A stretch of 64,000 bases of DNA from Tricharina praecox. Its lineage: Eukaryota. Location of the stretch: contig NW_026250413.1 in the NCBI RefSeq assembly GCF_024521635.1, forward strand, positions 434,001 to 498,000, read 5' to 3'. The notes below the pieces were generated by a model. That model saw nothing but the letters and a program-made list of their open reading frames with translations, searched no databases and was not told the origin of the DNA. Position numbers and translations under genes: made by a program. Positions 52,271 through 64,000 of the stretch are shown in pieces. Positions within the stretch are counted from its first letter, which is position 1; every line of letters begins with the position of its first letter.

Positions 52271-53670
52271 ATGTCGAGCACCCAGACCACCATCATCACC
52301 ACTCCCACTCCAGCGGCGATCGAGCTCTCGCGGATCCCAACGAAGTCTCGGTCCAGTGAACTCGAGCAAATAACTGTCCACGATGAGGAGCAATCGCGGC
52401 CATCATCCCCGCAGCCGCCAGAAGGCGCTGTCGTCTTCTCGCGCCCCGACGTCTCCGCCGTCAAGCTGCAATTGATCTCGATGAACTTCTCCGTCTTCCT
52501 CTGTGGGGTGAACGACGCAGCGACAGGCGCGCTCGTTCCGTACCTGCAGCCGGCCTACAACATCGGCCTCCTCTTTGTCGCGCTGGTCTATCTCTTCAAC
52601 TTCGCGGGGTGGACGGCCGCCGCATTCTCGAATGTCCATCTCACGGCGCGCGTGGGCACCGGCGGCGTAATGTTGATTGGGGCGGTGTTGCAGTTTATCG
52701 CGCACTCGCTGCAGTTTTGGAAGCCGCCGTTCCCGCTGTTCGTTATCACGTATCTGATCGCTGGAATGGGCATTGCGCTTCAGGATGCGCAGGCGAATTC
52801 GTTCGTGGGCGGCGTAAACGATGCGCATCGATGGCTTGGTGTTCTGCATGCAGTGTACGGCTTAGGCGCCTTGATCTCGCCGCTGATCGCGACGAAGATT
52901 GCGAGCTCGACGCCGTACTGGCACTACTTCTATTGCGTGCTCATGAGCATTGCGGCGATCAATATTGGCCTTATTTTGATGGCGTTCAAGAAGGGATTGG
53001 GCAAGGGAGCTGCGGGCGCGAGGGAGCGTGCCGGGAGCGATCTGAAGAAGACGATTTCTAACAGAGTCGTCATCCTGATGAGTCTCTTCTTCTTTGTCTA
53101 CGTTGGTGCTGAGGTTACTGCCGGCGGTGAGTCAACCCCTCCATAAGTCGACAGAATTTGTTGCTTACATGGTGTGCAGGTTGGGTCGTTGAATTTTTGA
53201 TCCGGGTGCGCGGCGGTGAACCCTCGCACGTTGGCTACGTAGCCTCCGGTTTCTGGGGAGGTCTGACAGCCGGCCGCATCCTCCTCGCAGACATCACCTT
53301 CCGTCTCGGTGAGCGGCGCATGGTCTTCTTCTACCTCATCGCGGCGCTCGGAGTGCAACTGGTGTTCTGGTTCGTGCCGAACATCATCGCGAACGCCGTC
53401 ATGATCTCACTTCTGGGCTTCTTCATCGGCCCGTTCTTCCCTACCGGTATCAGCGTCGCCACGAAGTTAATACCAAGAGAATTGCACGTGGCTGCCGTCG
53501 GGTTCATGGCGACTACTGGACAGGCGGGGAGCGCGGCGTTTCCCTTCCTGACGGGTGCCGTGGCCTCGAAGGTGGGCGTGCAGGTTTTGCAGCCGATATT
53601 GGTCGGCTTGTTGGTGGCAATGGCGGTGCTGTGGGCTATGATCCCTAGGGTCAACAGGAGAACAGCATAA
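52271..53670 (+). CDS. MFS transporter (BSC6/TsgA-like)
   Basis: ATG 52271; intron ~53127-53179; ~12 hydrophobic segments; motifs GVNDAATGALVPYL, LHAVYGLGALISP and YVGAEVTAGGWVVEF. Confidence 0.88.
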
Positions 53671-55135
53671 GGGGATGCGTCATGTATTATCACTTGGCCC
53701 AACATCCCTAGGAAATGGCGGGCAAACATTGCAGGCTTCATGAATTATCTACGGTCGTAAAAAAAACATTCTGATAGCACTGGACCGGAGAGCATACACT
53801 GTTTGAGCTGTGAAGTTGACTCGTGAAACAGCCTGGCCAACGGCTTTCAGCAACCCAGGATCTGGCAACACACCACCTGTGCCAGCCCATAGCCGGCCCA
53901 TCCTCATGTGCCAAACATCGAGTGTTCCGAGCCCTTCCCACAGCACCTCCACCACACCGGGAGTCCTCATCTCATGACAGTAGGTATCCAGCTCAACCGC
54001 ACCCTGCTCACGCACTAGTTCACATGCCAACCCGCAAATCCCCGCGCGACTGTACCCGCGGCAACGGTTGTTCTCGCTGCCACATGCGTGGGCAATGGGC
54101 ATAAGGTGTGAATGTAACACAGTGGTTGATGGGGCATATATGTTCCCTCGAGCTTCCCTCGAGCTCTCCCGCAATTCCCATCTCCATCTCCATCTCGCTG
54201 GCCGCTCCCTCAAATCCAATATATACCACATACATACGTTACCACGAATAACAAACCACAATGAACACCATCCTCCGCACCATCCCCCGCCGCGCCTCCC
54301 TCGTAGGCCTCCGCTTCTCATCGACACAGACGCACTCCGCTGCGCACGCAGCCCCCAACGAGGCTGCTGCTGCGGGAAACGTAGCCACGGAGGTGGGTTC
54401 TCATGAGTGGAGGAGTTGAGGAGTAGACACTGACGTCCAGCAGGGCCAGAACGGCACTTACCCTTCGTACAAGGAGTGGAGGGTCGAGGTTACCCAGGAG
54501 CAGGAGCAGGAGGCCCTGAGGCGGGCGGAGGAGAGTGTCAGGCAGCCATCGCGGGCATGATTTGTGCGCACTCTGTGCTGCGGGAGGGGGCATCGTCACG
54601 GCGAGCTGGTTTCTCACTGTAACTACCATACGCTTCACTGTACGCTTCAATGTGCTCCGGGCTGCATATATCCTCGGGCTGGGCGTGAATATAAAGCTCG
54701 TGTTCATGGTCGATGTCGACGCCCTGGGCTACCTACTATCTAGGAAGAGTGCATGTACGCAATTTGTGGCTAGATTAATTCCCGGCTGCGGTAAAGGGAC
54801 GTGCACGTAATCTACATCCCCTCGGTAGTCGTCGATCATGATTCATGCCGTTGCGCCGGTACGGTCATATGGATAGATAGATTGAAAGGTTGGATGGCGG
54901 GGTTGGCTAGGTACGGGCAGATGGGCCTCTGGTTCCGATTGTTTTGGTGGTATGCTACCATGTAGTTACGGGTGGCTGGGATCCAAGGCATGAAACATCC
55001 GGAGGCCCGTGGAAGATGTCAAGATCGCCGATGTGGCGAGAAGCACCGGTGAACTGAACTTATATTGGGAGATGATATGGAGAAGCATGGAGAAAAAAGT
55101 TCCAAAATATGAATCCCACCGCCCCACACACACAC

Positions 55136-57089
55136 TTATACCAGCCGGGTCCGGTGGATCTTCCCACTGTGCACATCGTATCAATCGTCAGCTCGGAAGG
55201 TAGTGCGGTTGGTCTGCGGGAAGGGATCACTCACGCCAAACTCTTGGGGACTGTCTCTATGTAAGCAATCGCGTGCAATTGCTGAATCGCCGATAGCTGT
55301 ATAACTGTTAGCCCAGAATCGACCGTAATATTCGCTGCGGATAAAAACCTTTGCGTTCACAAACATAAGGATCTCCTCCAATAGCTCTGCTGTTTGCTCA
55401 ATGCCCTCATTCACGACCACGAATGCCTTTGGCAATTTCTCCCCATCCACTACAACGGGAACCATAACGCTCTCTTTCATGCTGGGGTGCGTATCGATGA
55501 CTTCCTCCACCTCCTGGGGAATGACCCAGTTCCCCTCACGGTAAATCGCTTCGATCCTTCTACCATGGACACTAACCGCACCGTTCACATCAACGGAGGT
55601 CAGGTCGCCAGTCTTGAAGAACCCATCCTTGGTGAACACCTTCTCGTTGATATCGGGCCTGTTGAAGTATCCCTTGAACACAGCGGGGCCCTTAATCCAG
55701 AACTCGCCGACCTGACCGGGCGCCCTGGCTTCCTCTCCGGTCTCGAGGACGATCTTAGCCGTCAATCCGGGAATGAGGAGCCCGGATGTGTCCATTGTCT
55801 CGTAGTCGATGGAGCTCGAGTATATAAACACGCCTTCGGTCATCCCGTAGCCGCTGCGGATCTTGAGCCCAAGTTGGGCTTCGACGGCGGTGCGGATCGG
55901 CATCTTCAGGTTCGCGGCGGTAACGAAGATGTCGGTCAGCGCGGAGAAGTCGATGGACCTGGCCGCCGGATGCAGGAGACCAGCGATCAGTGCGGGGACC
56001 AGAGGGGCGTTGGTAACTTTGTAGTCAGCGATGCTGTGAAGGATCTTTGAGCGGAGTTAGCGCGGGTCAGAGGAAACAGTATGTAGGTCCTTGGTTCATA
56101 TCTGACCGTTATGAAATCTGGTTTCTGGAGTAAGACAGTTTTAATTCCTAGGTGGAAGGAATATACTGTGAGCACCAGGAAGCCATAGTAATGAGACCAT
56201 GGAACGACGAGCTGCGAGAAACGCCATTAGAATCTCCACCACTCAGCTCTAGAAGTGCCCGTGCTTCCTACCAATAATGAGCCGTTGAGTTTGACTTGCG
56301 GCCCGTCGATCGCCCCAAGCTGCGAAACGAGGAACATGATGTTTGCATGGGTAGTCATAACGCCCTTCGGCGCAGATGTGGTTCCGCTGGTGTAATTGAG
56401 CATCGCTACATTGTCTCTTGACGATATCAGTGGCTTCGGAACACTTCCCACGCCCTTCGAGAAGTCTTTCCACGATGGAAACGACTTTGACTCTCCTCCC
56501 AGGATGAAGATATTCTCACGTCCCACACCCGCTTCATCGGCCAGTGTGGTGGCTAGGCCTTCGAAATACGCATGTACCACGAGCACCTTCGTACTCGAGT
56601 CCTTGAGGTGATAGACGAGCGCTTCCTTGGTGGCAACGGGAGACAGGAGATTCATCAGGGCTCCGGTCCACGCAATACCGAAGGCCACGATGACTGAGAC
56701 AGTACAGCGAATTAGCTCGGAACTGTAGGTGCGGTTCGCAAAATAGTGCCGGAGTATCCGGCATTAGCGCAACATACTTGCGTCGGTATGGTTTGGTGAG
56801 AGGACTGCTACGACATCGTCTTGCTTGATGCCAAATTTCTTCACCAGGGCAGCTCCAAACGCGCGGGAACCATCTCGGACTTGCGAGTAGGTAACGGTCT
56901 CGGAAGTCTCGCTCTGAACGAGGACGACTTTGTCTTCGTCGAAGCTGTGGGAGGTTAGACTTGACGGTTTCCAACCGATGGAACAACTGACCTTCGGTGA
57001 GGATTCTCAAAAACTTGGGTCCAGATATCTGGAGCGTCGCAGTATGCGGCGGGGGAGGTGTTAAGCTGGCGGAGCTGTGGGATTGGCAT
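55136..57089 (-). CDS. Adenylate-forming enzyme, 4-coumarate-CoA ligase/luciferase-like
   Basis: About 6 short introns. Motifs YTSGTTSAPKGV, PWSH, GYGMTE, GEFWIKGP, FKTGD and PKSLAGKI. The 3' end is uncertain (a further small exon toward ~54966 is possible). Confidence 0.82.
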
Positions 57090-58217
57090 CGGTGTAGGAG
57101 TTGGGGAGGAGCTTGATCAAAGAAGGATGATATGCTCAGAATGGATTCACGACTGGGCTCCAGCTCTTTTATGAACAAGATATAGCAAGATACATTGGCT
57201 TGTAGTGCCGGGCCGTGGACCGGCGTTCAAGCACCGATCGGGAGGCACATCCGTATACCCCAAGGCCTCCCAACTGCCGTAACATTATCCCCACTGCTCA
57301 CCTGTCAGGCTACATATCAGCCCCGTCATTGGGGATCAATGCGCGGCCCTTCCTTCCCACTTGAGGAAAGATTCCCCTCGCTGACGTGAGAGTAGTTGAC
57401 ATTAGAAATAGACTTGGTATCCAGCAGCACCTACCACCGACGAATGCAGTTTTTAGCTGTTATCGATGGCTAGTACAGTGAATGTTGACGGCTGCCATCA
57501 ACTTGATGCCCTATCCGGATACCCGGTCAACGGGAAATCACTTCTTCGGGTGGGGCTTGGGTTATGTTATTGGTAGCGGGACCCGCCGACATGGTGAGCT
57601 TTCCGTTCCGTGTGGCTACTTCGTGACTTCGTCAGTAGATACCCTAGTTGATGCCTGGGCGGTCTCCGGTCAGGACACCATCCTTACAGATCACATCGTG
57701 GTTCCATTCTCTGACAAGAATCTCAAGATTTTAACCAACATGGGAAGCCTGAAGTCTTCTCGATCGAGTGAGAAAGAGTGTTAGTTGCCTTAATATTCAC
57801 TTCTTTTATGGACTGTTGCCTGATTCTGTGGAAGTTTTATGCTAGAGATTATCGGCGTTGAGAGAATTCCTTTGTAGGTTCTCTGGCAGCTCAGACCTGT
57901 CAGTTCAGGAGATCCGCTGACCGGTTGCGGTTTTAGTTGAAGCTCTCAGCCGTGGGGGCGACTTACCGTTCGACTGCCAGTGGCTGGGTAGCCAAGTGGG
58001 TACCGTAGGTATATGTTAAATGTATGGACATTACTCCAGCTCCACGAATATTAGCATCGCTAGGACGCCTGCCTCACCCGCTATACGGCGCCTGGCATCT
58101 TAGTACGATCTTCCCCATGCTGATTCCTAGACTCACATCTAGAAAATTAGTAAAGTCAACATTCTCCGGGCTTTGTGGGAGGGCTTGAATTTATATTAAG
58201 CTAGTTGCTAACAGGAA

Positions 58218-58303
58218 TCCGTTATGGTGTAGTGGCTAGCATCGGCCGCTCTCAAGCAGAGCAATAAACCGGCCAGACCGGGGTTCAATTCCCCGTAACG
58301 GAA
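58218..58303 (+). tRNA. tRNA-Glu(CTC) with ~14 nt intron
   Basis: Acceptor TCCGTTA/TAACGGA, A-box TGGTGTAGTGG, anticodon stem GGCCG/CGGCC around CT-CTC-A plus intron agcagagcaataaa, T-arm CGGGGTTCAATTCCCCG, downstream T7 Pol III terminator at 58311. Confidence 0.93.
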
Positions 58304-58565
58304 GATCATCTTTTTTTGTCTTCCGAATCGCTGCTGCTAGTAGACGAGAACATCCAAGCTCACAGCTTTGCTGTCTGTTTGCCATGAAGTCTTTCGGTCT
58401 CGGTGTTGCGGCAAATGGCAGAGGTAGTATCTTCAATTTTCAAATTCCGGCGCTCCATCATTTCTTGGTATTCCTGCGTAACACAGCGCTGGCCCCTTCA
58501 AGACCAATTCCGGGCGATTGCGGAACTTCACCGGATGATGCGAATGGCGCTTTGAAGCTATCACA

Positions 58566-58668
58566 CAGCCTTACCAACCGGACACAACTATGTACATGTC
58601 AAATCCCGGGCCATTGGAGCAGGGCCGCCAGCGATTCACCAGTTCTTATAGAGTAGTATCGCGCCACA
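58566..58668 (+). repeat. Left copy of ~100 bp direct repeat flanking cassette copy 2
   Basis: Core gggccattggagcagggccgccagc(g/t)attcaccagttcttatagagtagtatcgcgccaca is shared with 62169-62267. Confidence 0.9.
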
Positions 58669-59851
58669 GCACTCTAGTAGAGTACTCTACGACAGCATAT
58701 CAGAATCCAGATAACTGAGAATATGTACCCACTGGAAGCATGGTAAGCAATGCACAAACAACCACTCGAGCCATGGAAATTTGAAAGATAGAACGTTATT
58801 TTGTTGTCACATACGGCCTAGGTGCGGTAGTCACTTGAGCAGCCAGAGAAGAGAAAATGGATTCTTTATTAGTGCTCCATACGATAGTAAAAAAACGGGA
58901 GTTTATTGAAACTGTACGACCAACTACTGGTATCATGTAGGCATTGGCGCATCGACCAGTCAATGCCGACCTAGGTACATCGCCTCTGGAAGGGTTGCTG
59001 TAGTTGATTGAGTCAATACGGCGAACAAATGGTCGGACATAGGTACATAGCAGAAGCTGTGTGGGCATCGCACATTTCCTCTGCCTGAATATGCATGATT
59101 CTTTTTGAGCCGTGTATGTACAATCTCTCATGCCCTGTCGTGTATAATTAGCACTCAGCTGAGGCCGGAGAGCCTAGTTTCCGAGTGACAACAAGCGATT
59201 CGCGAGGTTCACATGACATCACCCATGGTGCGAACTCTGCAGCCAGCCGCGTTACACGCTTACCCACGCAGCGGGGGTACGATTGGCGGGGTTCTCGGTA
59301 AACAAGCCTGGTCGGCCCATTCAAGCTATGCAGAGTAAAGTACAACGAAGGCTGGGATATTGGCGTCACTCGAAGCCCCGGGCTCAATCGCCCGGCGACC
59401 TACCTACCTGGTAGGTCGATTAAGTCCTCACCACCACCACCGGAGCTGTATTTTCACGTACGAACATAGCCAACCCACTCCTTAAAACCCACTCTCTCTT
59501 CGGAACCTTATTCGCTCAAGACCAGTCACCGCACTTCTTCCAGATCCGCCTGCTCTACTCAGCCTACCACCCGTCTTGCGTATATACACGCCTGCCTTTC
59601 TCGCAATGCAAGGCCGGGACCACGAGGTCCGCAAGGCTCGAGCCCGGTACAAACTCACAAGCCGCCCATCCACATTCCCGTCCGCAGGTGCCATAGTAGC
59701 TCAGCGAGGGCTATAACGGGAGGGAAGGCATAGCTCACTAGATTCTGCTCCGCAAGTCGTGTCTTCCCTGTGACTTCAACCTTGCACGTCATTATGGAGT
59801 AGAATTCGCCTCTAGTGATGGGGCGGCAGATGTTGGGGGGGTATCATTCGT

Positions 59852-60287
59852 AGGCCCGTTTGGATGGCTTCGGTTTGCAGTTCCAGTTTCAGAGCGAAAT
59901 TCAGTTCCCCGCCGGGACACCGAATACTGTCCAGTTACAGTTTCCGGAGAACTGTGAGGCGAACAGAGTGTTTGGCAATTCTCAGTATACTCAGTAATAA
60001 GTCTAAATAATAGGCTTCGCCAGAACTTTAATAGTGGACACATTGTAGCCCCGCTTTTTTCTCTTCACCGTGATGGGAGTCCATGGTTGAAGTTAAAATG
60101 CGATACTGAGTGGCGGCAAAGAAATGACCTCCTGAGGTCAGTACATACCAGTTTCATTTCTGGAGCCGCACAGTTTCAGTTTTTTAAAAAAGTTTTCGTG
60201 CCACCCAAACGGGGTTACAGTTTTGTTTGCTCAGTTTCTCGAAAAACTGACAGTTTTCGCTAAAACTGAGGCCATCCAAACGGACCC
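59852..60287. mobile_element. Tourist/PIF-Harbinger-like MITE (~435 bp) inside cassette copy 2
   Basis: Ends AGGCCCGTTTGGATGGCTTCGGTTTG vs reverse complement GGGTCCGTTTGGATGGCCTCAGTTTT. The segment is absent from copy 1. TSD not clear. Confidence 0.65.
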
Positions 60288-60797
60288 TCTATTCCAGGGG
60301 TGTTGGCATTCACTTGCTACAGCCTACAGCGGTGTTCGGCGATGTTGGCCCTTTCTAGGTGGTTGTTGGGGGATTAGGCGCGACTACACAGTAGCATGCG
60401 GGATCACTCGATGGTCACCGCGGTTGCATCGATGTTCAAATTTTCAAACTTTCAAACATTTTCGCCATAGTCTAGATAGGCTGCACGCGAAATAAAAACA
60501 AGATCTCTCTCTCTCTCTCTCTCAAACTTTCAAACTTTCATCCCATACTAAATGCAGCCAAACAAGACAGGTGGCAAAAACAAAAAACAAAACGGCGGTT
60601 CGAAAAACCTAGAATAGAAGGGTTAGCGACTGATACCATGTCGGTTGAGTGTTAATGCAACTTACATACTAGATTGCAGACCGAGGATCGGTGATATTAG
60701 GAGCAGTGCGATGACTGTCTGTACCTGATTCACCAGCTATGGGGGCGGTGCGGGCGAGATATCGCAGCTTCTCCTCCGTACGGCTCGAATTCTCGAG

Positions 60798-61594
60798 CTA
60801 CTGCTGGGGCTGAGGCTGGGCATCTGGCCAGAACCGGAGCATATCGAGGAGGCGGTTATAGATGACGATCAGGTCTTCCCGGCGATCGATGTGATAAGTG
60901 GGCGACTGGAACACCATGCTGTGGTCGACCGCCACGAAGCAGAACATCAATCCGTCCGAGACAAAACCCTGAACGAGTCCGGTCCCGTCCCATTCCATGA
61001 GCAAGGTATTCAGCAGCTGATCGCGGCCGTAGCGAAGGAACGTTTCCGAATCCGCCACGTCGACGGCGATGATGGCCGGCCTGTCCCCGACCGCGGTAAT
61101 CCTCGCCGCACAGTCTACCGTGCCGATGAACCGGATGTTCCCGACGTCGGCGGTGATCTCGCGGCCGCGGGTCGCGGTCGCCAACGAATCCGCGTGCGTG
61201 CGGTTGTACGCATGAGTCGCGACGGAAAGCAGCGCTTCGTTGGTGCGATGGCGCGGCCACAGCTCTGACACGGCGCACAGGATGTCCCAGGTCTCTGCGG
61301 TGGTTGTTAATAACACTGCGGCGGCAGCGCTGGGAAACAGGAATACATACCGTGTCCGACCGGTAGCCTACGGGCCTGTTCGGTGGTGTGACTCCACAGG
61401 AAGGGCGAACAATCGTAGGTCAGGCCGAGAGAGAAAATGTCGGCGAGCTGCTCGATGTCCATCTTTCCGGCGCGGACCTTCACAGAACTTAGTAACGAGT
61501 TGGGGGATCGCGAGGGCGCGGATGAACTTACGATTTGGACGTCCGACAGCTGATTTGCGGCGGGAGTGGGGATGTTGCGGACGGGAGTACTCAT
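60798..61594 (-). CDS. Hypothetical 228-aa protein with PD-(D/E)xK/REase-like pattern
   Basis: Exons 61594-61532, 61477-61351 and 61294-60798 (687 nt, introns of 54 and 56 nt). Pattern GTVD...PAIIAVD...GRDQLL...VQGFVSDG.MFCF..VD...VFQS..Y...L..IY..L. Confidence 0.72.
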
Positions 61595-61707
61595 TTCGAA
61601 AGATCGGAGAAGAGATATAAAATAGAAAGGAGGAGTCGGAGGCAGAATTTAGAGGGAGAGCGGAAGATTGTGAATAGCAAGCTTGAGCTGAGTGCTTCCA
61701 GATGATC

Positions 61708-61830
61708 GAAAGTGAGGGTGTGAGGAAGTGAGGGTGTGAGGAAGTGAGGGTGTGAGGAAGTGAGGGTGTGAGGAAGTGAGGGTGTGAGGAAGTGAGGGTG
61801 TGAGGAAGTGAGGGTGTGAGGAAGTGAGGA
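61708..61830. repeat. (GAAGTGAGGGTGTGAG)n 16-bp minisatellite
   Basis: About 7 near-perfect units upstream of the cassette gene; absent from copy 1. Confidence 0.92.
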
Positions 61831-62168
61831 GGAAGTGAAGAAGTCTGGAAGTGTGGAAGTGGGAAAGAGAGGAACGGGGGAAAGAGGGGTCGAATTCTGC
61901 CGCTTTACACAAGTATTAAACTTCCGTTGAGTCTCACCATTCAGCAGGCCCAATATGGCTATGACTAGTCACTACGATACTCGAGCTTAAGTTTCGTCGA
62001 ACGGATCACCGCTTCCGTCCGAACTCTATCACTGGACCAGCTGGAGCCTGGAGCGGCCGAGAGATAGGCTCCAATGCGCCATGGAAAGACTAGAAAAGCT
62101 ACTCCTGGAGAAAAAAAAAACATGCCCGCCATGTGATAAGGTATGCTACACGCATAGTTGGGGTTGTT

Positions 62169-62267
62169 CAGCCCCACCACCCAGACACAACTACATGTGA
62201 AATTCTGGGCCATTGGAGCAGGGCCGCCAGCTATTCACCAGTTCTTATAGAGTAGTATCGCGCCACA
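62169..62267 (+). repeat. Right copy of ~100 bp direct repeat flanking cassette copy 2
   Basis: Matches 58566-58668. Confidence 0.9.
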
Positions 62268-63150
62268 ATACACACGTCAAGATAAGCTTTTCGGCTGAAC
62301 GAAACGGGTAACGGCTATGTGCTAGTAACTACTCGCTTGTTCGGGACACCTTCTCTTTCCCAACGTCCTGTGATCATCCACAGGACCGCTGGGTTGTACC
62401 ACCAACTACGTCTCGTTGCTGAGCAAATGCTAATCACAGCTTCCGCAGGTTTGGGTTTGTATAACCACCGCCGCACCCGCAAATAGACACTGCCGGTACA
62501 TACTAAAACTACTTCCCGGGAAACTGGGTGTGGAGGTCGGCTTTGTCACTGGGAACTGCTGAACATGTGTCAAGTCCGATGGGCTCAGATGCGGAACTGC
62601 CAGGTCCGAACGGCCTGGACGTGGCCGGAAAAAAGCCATCCTCCGCACTGATGGCAATGTGGTTCGGGGAAACCGTAATATCCAAAGTTTTTGCACGACA
62701 ACAAAGTTCCCCGGGTTTATAATATCTATATAATGTATATGCACTACGAACGGCACATCTACGGGCCAAAAGTCTGACCAGGAGAACGACGAAACCCCCA
62801 AGCTTCTGCCAGCAATCACTCGCTGCTACATACCATGATAACAAATAGGTAGTAGCCCGAGCAAGGAAAATGAACCTATCGTAACTCCCAGTCTCCCACA
62901 GCCAAATGGGACTATCTATATGTATTGTACAGATTACACAAGTATTAGAGAAAGGGATCAAGAATGCGGCAGACCGAAAAACGCCACAACATGTTTTCTA
63001 CTCAACAATAGTGACCACGGCAGAACAACATATGGATGTAAAAGGAAACTGGCATTTCCCTCAGAAAAATGAAATACGGTAAACGAGCCCACCAGACGCC
63101 GAAGAGCAAACAAAATCCTCTGCAATCCACCACTCAAACGCTCCACTGAC

Positions 63151-64000
63151 CTACGGCGTACGTTCGTCCCCCGAGTCGTAATTTGAGCCCGAATTTGGCG
63201 TCTCCACCTTTTTGCTATCGGCAACGACGCACATTGGGCACACCCAGTTCATGGACCACCGGGTGACCTGGTAACACGAGCGATGAAACCACCGCGTGGA
63301 ACAACTCTGCAGGTTCACGTTAGCTGCTTGGTGGTGGTGGTTAGGCGTGCAGGATCTGGAAAAAATCTCACCTTTCCGCGGCAGAGCACCATCTGCGTCC
63401 GATCCCACGGTCCCTTACAAATGCAGATGCCGAAGGGGGACGCCGTTTTATCTGCCAGTGCTTTGGCTGCGAATTGCTTCACTTTGTTGGCCTGGCCGAG
63501 TTGACTCGCCGATAGCAGGTCACTTTCGGCATCGACATCGATCGTATCCCCGCGCGTTACACGCCCCGGTCTCCGCATGCTTGACCGCCTCCGGTTCGCC
63601 ATTGCCACCGGCGATGGCGGCGGCGAAGGACTCGGCTCGTCCAGCACATAGGGGCCTTTGAGTCCGACACCGCACTCGGTCTTCCCCGCCGACGACCAGT
63701 TGTCCTTGCCGCCCTTGACGACTTCCATCACCACGCGCAGGCACTCGGCATCGATTGTGCGGTACTGGATTTGGTTCAAACAGTGCTTCCAGAATTCGAC
63801 AAAAAGTGGCCCGCTGCAGAGAAGTTCCCGGTGTTTCTTTGCGAAGCGGTACACCGAGGGGCCGAGGTGGGACATGCTGGGTATTCTGTTTTCTCGTTAA
63901 ATTCATTCAGTCTCAGTCTCAAGAACCCTCGGAACGCAAAACCATGCAGAGGAGTTTACCGTTCTTCGAACATGTGCTTATCCCACAACTTCATGAAGGT
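63151..64000 (-). CDS. PHD-finger protein, probably 5'-partial (continues beyond window)
   Basis: Intron 63371-63307 (GTGAGA...CTAAC...CAG, phase 0) joins CICKGPWDRTQMVLCRGK to SCSTRWFHRSC...WVCPMC, giving C4HC3. A likely further intron lies at ~63960-63886. Confidence 0.72.

Larger units (their letters stand above)
58687..62168 (-). mobile_element. Copy 2 of duplicated cassette (putative mobile/captured unit)
   Basis: Reverse-complement homology to 23617-26562. The homology ends coincide with the inner edges of the flanking direct repeat. Confidence 0.65.

Noticed and set aside
54318-54810. Short ORFs between the MFS and 4CL-like genes
   Set aside because: No recognisable domain or supported gene structure.

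Overview
Eukaryotic DNA from a filamentous ascomycete (Pezizomycotina; short GT-AG introns with CTRAC branch points). Housekeeping genes: TRM6/GCD10, a MINDY/DUF544 deubiquitinase, UFD1, CWC27, H2A.Z, HSP60, a BSC6-like MFS transporter, a 4-coumarate-CoA-ligase-like enzyme and an intron-containing tRNA-Glu. They are interspersed with repeat-rich accessory DNA. Highlights: (1) a spliced protein kinase-like gene with an N-terminal signal anchor and many N-glycosylation sequons, a candidate secretory-pathway kinase; (2) a ~3-3.5 kb cassette present twice in inverted orientation (23.6-26.6 kb and 58.7-62.2 kb), carrying a small spliced gene with a PD-(D/E)xK/REase-like pattern, where the intact copy is bounded by a ~100 bp direct repeat next to the tRNA and the other copy is frameshifted; (3) an OTT_1508-like zinc deaminase; (4) a 7-copy ~160 bp degenerate array with A-rich tails; (5) several non-autonomous TIR elements; (6) a partial PHD-finger gene. 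All exon boundaries and similarities were read by eye and no database search was run.
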